The notes under the pieces were generated by a model. The model did not search any database and was not told where the DNA came from. It saw only the letters and a list, made by a program, of their open reading frames with translations. This document shows, one piece after another, positions 17,267 to 24,852 of a DNA stretch of 64,000 nt. The DNA comes from an uncultured Clostridia bacterium (GTDB lineage Bacteria > Acidobacteriota > Aminicenantia > UBA2199): positions 9,431-73,430 of the forward strand of contig CAZCVI010000029.1 in NCBI GenBank assembly GCA_964502145.1, written 5' to 3'. The position numbers and the translations under genes are program-made. Numbering within the stretch: position 1 is the first letter of the stretch; every line of letters begins with the position of its first letter.

Positions 17267-17389
17267 TTAACCTGCCCCGCGATTAAAATGGGGTATAGAG
17301 ACGTTGTGTACAGCGTCTACCAAATATCGCTCATAGTCTCGCCTACCTTTTTCCTTCTTGTCCAATAAAAAAATAATTCACGTTTTCCC

Positions 17390-17418
17390 TTGATTTCTTA
17401 AATTATTTCAATTATAAT
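17390..17418 (+). promoter_or_regulatory. Sigma70-type promoter TTGATT-N17-TATAAT for small peptide gene A
   Basis: TTGATT at 17390-17395, TATAAT at 17413-17418. The ATG at 17419 abuts the -10 element, so it is unlikely to be the start. Confidence 0.65.
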
Positions 17419-17445
17419 ATGACCATAAAAAAAGGAGGATTTAAA

Positions 17446-17676
17446 ATGACAAAATTAAGAAATATCAATGAGAAAAAATGTTTCGACCTGTTGAATGAGT
17501 TTGTTAACAGTGTCAATGTGGACGGAAATAACCCTACTCTGAAAGAAAAAAAAGAACATGCTCTCGCCGCTCTGAGTCAGTTGTCCGTCACCGCTGGAAA
17601 ATCGGATTTTATTTATAATCCTAACGAAGTTATCTCGCCCGGATGTGAAAGACAAGCACTGGCGCTAGTCCCGTAA
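17446..17676 (+). CDS. Small protein A (76 aa): conserved helical N-terminal ~45 aa, divergent Cys-containing C-terminus; candidate precursor peptide or small regulator
   Basis: AAGGAGG RBS before the ATG at 17446 (ORF track start 17419). Paralog of 17951..18166 (MT.L.N.N.K.C..LL.EF...L.EKKE.A.AA..QL). Confidence 0.6.
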   Translation: MTKLRNINEKKCFDLLNEFVNSVNVDGNNPTLKEKKEHALAALSQLSVTAGKSDFIYNPNEVISPGCERQALALVP

Positions 17677-17689
17677 GCGATGGAAATTC

Positions 17690-17718
17690 GTAGGGGCAAA
17701 CTTCATGTTTGCCCCTAC
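17690..17718 (+). terminator. Hairpin GTAGGGGCAAAC-ttcat-GTTTGCCCCTAC downstream of peptide gene A
   Basis: 12-bp perfect stem starting 14 nt after the stop, followed by GTTTGAAATTC (weak T-tract). Confidence 0.6.
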
Positions 17719-17892
17719 GTTTGAAATTCAAGTTTTACTTTTTTATTTATCTCATATCTCCCATAACTCCCAGACTTCTCATTATTCCCATTTTATCTAC
17801 CATACTCTAAAAATTTTTACAGTCAATTCAGGATGACTGACACGGTAGGAAGAAAAAATTTAAAAAAAAATAAGTTAAACATGGCTTACCTC

Positions 17893-17921
17893 TTGATTTT
17901 ATTAGCTATCTCAAGTATTAT
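17893..17921 (+). promoter_or_regulatory. Sigma70-type promoter TTGATT-N17-TATTAT for small peptide gene B
   Basis: TTGATT at 17893-17898, TATTAT at 17916-17921. AGGAGG RBS, ATG at 17951. Confidence 0.6.
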
Positions 17922-17950
17922 AAAACCAGATAAAATCAGGAGGAGTTAAA

Positions 17951-18166
17951 ATGACCGATTTAAAGAATGCAAATGCAAAACAGTGCATGACACTGTTAAA
18001 GGAATTCATTGATGCCATCCCCGTGGCAGAAACAGATGGAAAACTCAATGAGAAAAAAGAAAATGCTGTGGCGGCATACGACCAGTTAACCTCGATTCTT
18101 AGTGAGACATCGGTAAAATTAGCCATTGATATTGTGGATTGCGTAGCTCAAGCCCGAGGATGCTGA
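17951..18166 (+). CDS. Small protein B (71 aa), paralog of A, with C-terminus ...DIVDCVAQARGC
   Basis: Strong RBS, own promoter, conserved N-terminal region and a different C-terminal ~25 aa. Confidence 0.6.
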   Translation: MTDLKNANAKQCMTLLKEFIDAIPVAETDGKLNEKKENAVAAYDQLTSILSETSVKLAIDIVDCVAQARGC

Positions 18167-18206
18167 TTCATACCACTAGTAACAGTTCACATTAATAATC
18201 TCCCAA

Positions 18207-21200
18207 ATGATTAGTAAGTGGGGAATAAGAGTTCTTTTTCTCATTTGTTACTTTTTAGCTCGAAGCGCTATGGATGCCTGGGCTCTTGAGCCTGAAAAAT
18301 TTATAAGCCAGTATAAACTCGATGGATGGCAGGCAGAACGTGGACTTGAACAAAATTCCATTTATACTATTTTACAAACTCATGAGGGTTACATCTGGCT
18401 GGGGACTTTGGATGGATTGGTCCGCTTTGATGGAATTCATTTCAATGTCTTTGACAAGCAAAATACCGGGGGGTTAAAAGGCAATCAAATCAGGTCTCTC
18501 TTTGAAGATCGCAACCGTGTGCTCTGGATAGGGACCGATGGCGGTTTGTCCCGCATGATGGATGGCCAATTTACCCCCTGCCCGGTCAAGGGAGATCGTT
18601 TATTTAATGACATCACAGCTATTTGCGAAGACAAGAGGGGTACCCTGTGGATTGCCTCCAAGGTTAATGGTCTATCTATCATTGAAGGAAATACACTTGT
18701 ACCTTTTTCCCCTGTCGAACGAAAAGAAAGCATTCAAGTATATTCAATTTTAACAGATAAGAAAGGGAATGTTTGGTTTGGTCTACTCAGTGGTGTTACC
18801 AAACGAACCACCACCGGGGAATTTATTGTTTATGGCGAAAAGTCCGGTCTGACATGCAAATATGTATATGCCATATGTGAACGAGACAACGGTCAATTGT
18901 GGCTGGGCAGTGAAAAGGGATTGTACCTTTATCAAGAACAAAATCAGACTTTTATTCACTATGGCCTTGAAGCAGGTCTCCCCAATATCCAGGTACTTTG
19001 TCTTTATGAGGACCGTGGTCATTGCCTGTGGGGCGGTACCGACGGTGGCGGGGTGTTTCGCTTCAAGGAAGGCCGAATGGAAACCCTTTCTATCGGTGAC
19101 GGGTTGGCATGTGGTTTTGTCTACTCTATCCGTGAAGATAGGGAAGGTTCTCTGTGGTTGGGGACTCTGGAAGGCGGGTTGCACCGGTTAGGGGATACTA
19201 AATTTACGACTTTTACCACCAGGGAGGGACTCCTGGGCGAAGACATCCGCTCTCTCGATAGTGCCCCGGATGGTGGCATCTTTATTCGCACCCAAAGTGG
19301 TATAAACCATCTAAACAGAAACATATTTAGTTATACACGAGCGACTGGTAATGGCCCATATTCTTCTTTGGAAGTCGATAGAACTGGCGGACTTTGGTTT
19401 GATGTAAAACAAGGACTCCGCAGACTCAAGAATGGGCTGGAACAGTTATTTATTCCTACCGATGGATTTATTAACACTACGATTACTGAATTAACAGAGG
19501 ACAGGACAGGTGCTGTCTGGATTGGTACAACTACCGGTTTGTGGCGCTACAATAATGGGAAGTTCGCGCCGGTTTCTCAAAACGACGGCTCATTTTTCCC
19601 CGCTATTTCGAGGCTTTACCTGGATGATGAGGATTCTCTGTGGCTCGGGACTGCAAACGGCGCTATTTTTAAGCGGGCCCATGCCACATTCAGTCAACAC
19701 AGCCCCATGGAAACCCTTGTGAATAATAATTCCATCGATTGCATTTATAAAGACAAAGAAGGTGTTCTGTATGTGGGCTCCCGACTGGGACTTCATCGTT
19801 TAGCCAATGGAAAATTCACTCATTTTTCCACTCACAATGGGATGGTGGATAACTTTGTCTCCAATATATTTGAAGATGACAGGGGGAATATCTGGATGGG
19901 TGGGCGGACCGGTATTTTCTACGTTGAAAAAAAAGAATTGGCTGCCGTGGCAACGGGGAAATCCACGAGAATACATCCGCAGACTTACAATGAAGAGGAT
20001 GGCATGAAAAGCCGCTGGTGTCAATCCAGAGGTACGAAGAGCCACGACGGTAAACTCTGGTTTCCCACCACTAAAGGCGTGGTAGTCGTGGACCCTGCCA
20101 ATCTTAAAAAGAACAACCTGCCACCCCCGGTGATTATCGAAGAATTAATAGTGGATGGCGAAAATAGTCTGGCAAAGGGTAGACTTGCCTATGTGAAAAA
20201 CGGCAAACCACTGGTAATCCCACCGGGGAAGAAACGCTTGGAGTTTTTTTATACCGCCCTGAGTTTTATTAATTCCAAGAAAATCAAATTCAAATTAAAA
20301 TTGGAAGGGTATGACAACGATTGGATCGACGTGGGCAATACCCGCAAAAATACATACACTGCCCTGCCACCCGGACATTACACCCTGCGGGTCACGGCTT
20401 GCAACAGCGATGGGGTCTGGAATACACAAGGCGCATTCTTCCCTTTTTATATGAAACCCTATTATTACCAGACCACCTGGTTTTACGTGCTCATCGCATT
20501 TATTTCGGCACTGCTGTTTTTTTCCCTGTACCGCTACCGGGTGGGTCAGTTGCAAGCCCGGGAGAAAGAACTCAGCCGTCTGGTAGATATTCGCACCCAA
20601 TCATTGCATGAACGTACCATGCAATTGGAAATCGCCCACCATGACCTGAGATTGTCCCACCAGATTATCCAAGAAAAAAACCAGCACATCCTGTCCAGTA
20701 TTCAATACGCCCGCAAAATCCAACAGGCTATTCTACCTACTGATAACCGGTTGAAAGGCATTATTGAGGATTATTTTATTTTTTTCAAACCCCGGGATAT
20801 TGTGTCCGGTGATTTTTATTGGTTCAGCCAACGGGATGGTAAATATTATCTGGCCGTGGTGGATTGTACGGGTCATGGTGTTCCCGGTGCTTTGTTATCT
20901 ATGATCGGCAATATGAAACTCAATGCGATTATCGAGGAAATAGCGAACCCGGACCCAGCGCGTATGCTTCTGGAACTGCACCACGGCGTCCGTCACGCTT
21001 TAAAACAGGAGAGCGGCGACAGTGAAAGCAATGACGGTATGGATGTGGCCATGTGTATGATTGATCTGACGCAGGATACCTTTACCTTTGCCGGGGCCAG
21101 ACGCGCCCTTTTTTATGTCCAAGATGCCCAATTAATGGAGATTAAAGGCAGCCGCGATTCAGTGGGTGGGAACAGCACGGAGAAAACCCCGGTCTTTAAC

Positions 21201-21461
21201 AACCAAACTATCCCGATAAAAACGGATACGATCCTCTATATCAGCAGCGATGGTTTCGCCGATCAAAATAACCCCAAAAATAAAAAATACGGCACCACCC
21301 GTTTCAAACAGTTCCTTCTTGCCATTTCCACTCAAGCCATGGCCCAGCAAAAACAGGCCCTGGAGGAGGAGTTGGCTAAATATCAGGGCAATGAGGAGCA
21401 ACGCGATGACATTACGGTCATTGGCTTAAAATTGAGAGAAAAAAGGTCAACGATAATATAA
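18207..21461 (+). CDS. Membrane sensor: periplasmic two-component-regulator propeller repeats + Y_Y_Y domain, TM helix, coiled coil, cytoplasmic PP2C/SpoIIE phosphatase
   Basis: Signal peptide. Repeated G.WIGT..GL..F/Y units. Y_Y_Y-like segment GYDNDWIDVGNTRKNTYTALPPGHYTLRVTACNSDGVWN. TM helix TWFYVLIAFISALLFFSLY. SpoIIE motifs ARKIQQAILP, SGDFYWF and VVDCTGHGVPGALLSM. Confidence 0.8.
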   Translation: MISKWGIRVLFLICYFLARSAMDAWALEPEKFISQYKLDGWQAERGLEQNSIYTILQTHEGYIWLGTLDGLVRFDGIHFNVFDKQNTGGLKGNQIRSLFEDRNRVLWIGTDGGLSRMMDGQFTPCPVKGDRLFNDITAICEDKRGTLWIASKVNGLSIIEGNTLVPFSPVERKESIQVYSILTDKKGNVWFGLLSGVTKRTTTGEFIVYGEKSGLTCKYVYAICERDNGQLWLGSEKGLYLYQEQNQTFIHYGLEAGLPNIQVLCLYEDRGHCLWGGTDGGGVFRFKEGRMETLSIGDGLACGFVYSIREDREGSLWLGTLEGGLHRLGDTKFTTFTTREGLLGEDIRSLDSAPDGGIFIRTQSGINHLNRNIFSYTRATGNGPYSSLEVDRTGGLWFDVKQGLRRLKNGLEQLFIPTDGFINTTITELTEDRTGAVWIGTTTGLWRYNNGKFAPVSQNDGSFFPAISRLYLDDEDSLWLGTANGAIFKRAHATFSQHSPMETLVNNNSIDCIYKDKEGVLYVGSRLGLHRLANGKFTHFSTHNGMVDNFVSNIFEDDRGNIWMGGRTGIFYVEKKELAAVATGKSTRIHPQTYNEEDGMKSRWCQSRGTKSHDGKLWFPTTKGVVVVDPANLKKNNLPPPVIIEELIVDGENSLAKGRLAYVKNGKPLVIPPGKKRLEFFYTALSFINSKKIKFKLKLEGYDNDWIDVGNTRKNTYTALPPGHYTLRVTACNSDGVWNTQGAFFPFYMKPYYYQTTWFYVLIAFISALLFFSLYRYRVGQLQAREKELSRLVDIRTQSLHERTMQLEIAHHDLRLSHQIIQEKNQHILSSIQYARKIQQAILPTDNRLKGIIEDYFIFFKPRDIVSGDFYWFSQRDGKYYLAVVDCTGHGVPGALLSMIGNMKLNAIIEEIANPDPARMLLELHHGVRHALKQESGDSESNDGMDVAMCMIDLTQDTFTFAGARRALFYVQDAQLMEIKGSRDSVGGNSTEKTPVFNNQTIPIKTDTILYISSDGFADQNNPKNKKYGTTRFKQFLLAISTQAMAQQKQALEEELAKYQGNEEQRDDITVIGLKLREKRSTII

Positions 21462-21478
21462 GGAAGAGGTCAACACGC

Positions 21479-22552
21479 ATGAAACTTTCAAATTTAAGTT
21501 TTATTTTAACCGATGATTGTAATTTTCGATGTTCCTATTGTTTTCAAACCAAAGACAAAAAATATATGAACCCGGCCAGTGTCGAAAAAGCGGCCCGTTT
21601 TTTTTACCCCTATCTCGATAGCAAGAGCAGTATTATTTTTTTTGGAGGCGAACCCCTGTTGTCCTTTGACAATATCCAGCATGCCGTTGCCCTTTTTAGC
21701 CAGTTGAACCAGGTGGAGAACAAGGAGATTTCCTATTATCTCACCACCAACGGCAGTCTTGTGACCCCGGCGATACTCCATTATTTTGATCAGCATAAAT
21801 TTGATCTCATGCTGAGTTTTGACGGGTTTAGCCAGGAGAGTGCCCGCCATCCCGATAGTCTGGACAGTTGTCGCCGACTGATAGAGGCGGTTAAGAATTA
21901 TCCCGGCATTCATTTTTCCACCAACAGTGTTTTTGATCATGAAACCGTTTCCACTCTTTCCGATTCCCTCCAGTCTATTATTGAAGCCGGTGTGACCGAA
22001 TTGTTGCTCAGTCTCTCTTCTATCCAGCCGTGGAGCGAAGCCCAACTGCACACCCTGGAAGAACAGTTGGAAAAACTAACCGCTTATATGTTAGATTATT
22101 ACCGCCAGCACCGTATTATCCCAGTTACCGCGTTCCAACCCAGGGTCAAGTCCGGTCGTTTTGTTTGTGTCGCCGGGCACAACCGCATGAATATTGATCC
22201 CGAAGAGGGCCTCTGGGGATGCCATTTATTTTATGATCTACTTAAAGAACGAAAGGAGAGCGATGATTTTAAAGGCTACTCTTTCGGCAAGCTGGATGAC
22301 TTTATACTCCATCACGAAACCATTTATCCCAAGGTGATGGAATATTATGCCGACCTCCGGCAAGAACGGTTTTTCACCGAGGAGAAATTTTGTTTTATCT
22401 GTAAAGACGTTGATACCTGTAGCACGTGTCCAGTGAACGCGGCTTACAACACCGACATGATTGGAAAAATCCCCCTGCTGCTGTGCCGTCAAAACAAAAT
22501 ACAACACCGCGTGAAACAAAAATTCCTCAAAAACCTGGAACAAATGACCTAG
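21479..22552 (+). CDS. Radical SAM enzyme with a SPASM-type C-terminal Cys cluster (peptide-maturase / anSME-like)
   Basis: CNFRCSYC (CxxxCxxC) at the N-terminus and FFGGEPLL. C-terminal CFICKDVDTCSTCPVNA...LLLCRQ. Starts 17 nt after the sensor gene. Confidence 0.8.
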   Translation: MKLSNLSFILTDDCNFRCSYCFQTKDKKYMNPASVEKAARFFYPYLDSKSSIIFFGGEPLLSFDNIQHAVALFSQLNQVENKEISYYLTTNGSLVTPAILHYFDQHKFDLMLSFDGFSQESARHPDSLDSCRRLIEAVKNYPGIHFSTNSVFDHETVSTLSDSLQSIIEAGVTELLLSLSSIQPWSEAQLHTLEEQLEKLTAYMLDYYRQHRIIPVTAFQPRVKSGRFVCVAGHNRMNIDPEEGLWGCHLFYDLLKERKESDDFKGYSFGKLDDFILHHETIYPKVMEYYADLRQERFFTEEKFCFICKDVDTCSTCPVNAAYNTDMIGKIPLLLCRQNKIQHRVKQKFLKNLEQMT

Positions 22553-22576
22553 AGAAGTAACGCGCACTGTCTCTAC
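22550..22576 (+). terminator. Hairpin TAGAGAAGT-aacgcgc-ACTGTCTCTA related to the 17239 palindrome
   Basis: Overlaps the stop codon of the rSAM gene and shares the GTCTCTAC arm with 17239-17266. One bulge in the stem. Confidence 0.4.
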
Positions 22577-22641
22577 CCCCCATTTTATATCGGATTTTCT
22601 AAGGCCAGCATAAAAAAAACACTGAATTTGCATAATGTAGC

Positions 22642-22669
22642 TTGACAATTATGGGGCAAGCTATATAAT
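22642..22669 (+). promoter_or_regulatory. Sigma70-type promoter TTGACA-N16-TATAAT
   Basis: TTGACA at 22642-22647, TATAAT at 22664-22669, upstream of the GT2 gene. Confidence 0.6.
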
Positions 22670-22699
22670 ATTCTTTAACGACGAAAAACGAGGACAATT

Positions 22700-23446
22700 A
22701 TGACGACGAAAAAACTGGTGGATATCTTGTTGCCCGTTTACAATGAACAAGGTGTGCTGGAAAAGAGTGTCACCACCTTGCGGAAGTTTTTGCAGGACAA
22801 TGTAACTGATTTTGATTGGGTGATTACCATTGGCGATAACGCCTCCATTGATAAAACAATGGAAATTGCCACCGCGCTGGAAAAACAGTATGAAGATGTG
22901 CGCGTGTTTCACCTCGGACAAAAGGGACGCGGTCGTATGGTCAAGTACGCTTGGGAAAAAAGTGCAGCCGATATACTTACCTATATGGATATTGATCTTT
23001 CCACTGATTTGAACTCGTTTGCCCCCATGGTCCGTGCTATTATCGAAGGGAATGATGTCGCCATTGGTTCCCGGCAGTACAAGGGCGCAGATGTTGACCG
23101 CGGCTTCAAACGCGAAGCGATTTCCAGGGGATATATCTGGATACTCAAATTATTGCTCGGTTTTCCCTTTACCGATGCCCAGTGCGGGTTCAAAGCCGTA
23201 TCCAAACGATTCGTCAATGAATTGTTTCCCTATATCGAGGATGACGAATGGTTTTTCGATACCGAGTTGTTGTACCTCGCCCATCGCAATGGCTATAAAG
23301 TCAAAGAACTCCCGGTCCGCTGGATCGAGGACACTGATTCCCGGGTCAAAATATTGCGCACCGCGTGGCTGGATGTTAAGGGCGTATTCCGTATGCGGAA
23401 ATATGAAAAGCTGGGCAAAATTCTCGTCGCGCCACAAAAACAATGA
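22700..23446 (+). CDS. Family 2 glycosyltransferase (polyprenyl-phosphate sugar synthase / DPM1-like size and motifs)
   Basis: ILLPVYNEQ, GDNASID and YMDIDLSTD (DxD) motifs. 248 aa. Confidence 0.8.
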   Translation: MTTKKLVDILLPVYNEQGVLEKSVTTLRKFLQDNVTDFDWVITIGDNASIDKTMEIATALEKQYEDVRVFHLGQKGRGRMVKYAWEKSAADILTYMDIDLSTDLNSFAPMVRAIIEGNDVAIGSRQYKGADVDRGFKREAISRGYIWILKLLLGFPFTDAQCGFKAVSKRFVNELFPYIEDDEWFFDTELLYLAHRNGYKVKELPVRWIEDTDSRVKILRTAWLDVKGVFRMRKYEKLGKILVAPQKQ

Positions 23447-24852
23447 AACCGTCGCTATTTATTACCGGTGCCGGTGGCTTTTTAGGTCGCCAGGTATTGG
23501 CCAAATTGGATTTCTCATTATACCAAACCGTCTACTGTCTGGCCCAAAAAATCGATGACGTGGTGCTCCCCGATACTCTCCCGCAATCCGCGGCAGTGGA
23601 AATATTAACCGGTGATCTCTTGCATGTTTCCACCTATCAATCCGTTTTGGAAAAGGTAACTACCGTGATCCATCTGGCCGCTATTACGGGTAAAGCCAAC
23701 CCCAAAGTGTATTTTGAAGTTAATGCTTACGGCACCATGCTGCTTTTAGACCGTTGCAAACAAGCCGGGGTCAAACAATTCTTGTTTGTCAGTTCTATTG
23801 CCGTTTCCTTTAAAAACAAGCAGCGTTATTATTACGCTCACTCCAAGGAGCAGGCCGAGGCGTATGTCCAGAGCAGTGGTTTGAATTATACTATCCTGCG
23901 TCCCACCATGCTATTAGGAAACGGGTCGCCCGTGTTCGCGGGTCTCGCCAAACTCACTGGTTTACCCCTGATTCCCGTGTTTGGCCGGGGTGACAGTGAG
24001 ATTCAGCCCGTGGATGTGGTGGATGTGGCCAAAGCGATTATCCGAATTGAAAGCGAATCGCGTTACCACAATGAAATCCTGGAAATCGGCGGCCCGGAAA
24101 CAATTACCATGGATGATTTTTTGAAAAAGATCGCCCGTGCCCGTGGTACAGAAAACCCCCGCTTGTTGCACCTGCCGATTGGTTTTATCGCCTCTGTTCT
24201 GTCGCTGTTGGAGCGCGTCGTTTATCCACTGCTGCCCATTACCGTGGGGCAATTGGCCACTTTTCGCAATAATAGTATTGCCGAACCCAATACCCTGGTG
24301 CGCAAGATGAATGCGCTGATGATCAATCTCGACAACCAGATCGCCCAGAGCCTCCAGGTGGAAGAACCCGCCGATATTTCCCCCGTTTTAGCAGGCGAGT
24401 GCCGTGTTTTTTGTCGTTATCTGACCCATCTTACCCCCAATGCCTATGTCTTAGAGAAATACGCCTTGTATCATCGGGTGATGAATCCAGCACCCGCAGA
24501 TTTTCACGATGCCTTATTATTAAAGCTTGCCCGTCGCGGTTTCTTTTTGACACGGTTTGCTGATGCCTATTCCCGCTTCTTTCGGTCCAATTCTATCGTC
24601 AGAAAGAAGCTTGCTTATCTGATGGCCATCCTTGAAGTCACCCCGCCCTATTTTCGCTATTATGATAACGCCGATAAAAACAGCACACTTCTTTTTATCG
24701 TGAAACTCGGGTTCAAGGGTATCACTTTGGCCTTTCATTTATTCTTTTCTTTTTTATTTCTTTTCCCGATCCAGGTACTCTGCCGTGGGCAAGCCAAGCA
24801 GAAAGACAAGCAGAAATCCCCGCTGACCCAGGAGAACTCATGGCCAGAATAA
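23443..24852 (+). CDS. NAD(P)-dependent epimerase/dehydratase (SDR) fused to an uncharacterised C-terminal region ending in a membrane segment
   Basis: ITGAGGFLGRQV Rossmann motif and YAHSK (YxxxK). C-terminal hydrophobic segment ITLAFHLFFSFLFLFPIQVL. ATGA overlap with the GT2 stop. Confidence 0.75.
   Translation: MKPSLFITGAGGFLGRQVLAKLDFSLYQTVYCLAQKIDDVVLPDTLPQSAAVEILTGDLLHVSTYQSVLEKVTTVIHLAAITGKANPKVYFEVNAYGTMLLLDRCKQAGVKQFLFVSSIAVSFKNKQRYYYAHSKEQAEAYVQSSGLNYTILRPTMLLGNGSPVFAGLAKLTGLPLIPVFGRGDSEIQPVDVVDVAKAIIRIESESRYHNEILEIGGPETITMDDFLKKIARARGTENPRLLHLPIGFIASVLSLLERVVYPLLPITVGQLATFRNNSIAEPNTLVRKMNALMINLDNQIAQSLQVEEPADISPVLAGECRVFCRYLTHLTPNAYVLEKYALYHRVMNPAPADFHDALLLKLARRGFFLTRFADAYSRFFRSNSIVRKKLAYLMAILEVTPPYFRYYDNADKNSTLLFIVKLGFKGITLAFHLFFSFLFLFPIQVLCRGQAKQKDKQKSPLTQENSWPE

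Noticed and set aside
21506-22051. A 181-aa minus-strand ORF. Similar long antisense or out-of-frame ORFs are 28433..28945, 34052..34627, 61135..61650, 12163..12618, 31257..31724, 23019..23558 and 7333..7770.
   Set aside because: Each is nested inside a gene with clear family motifs on the other strand or frame. None has an SD site or recognisable domains.
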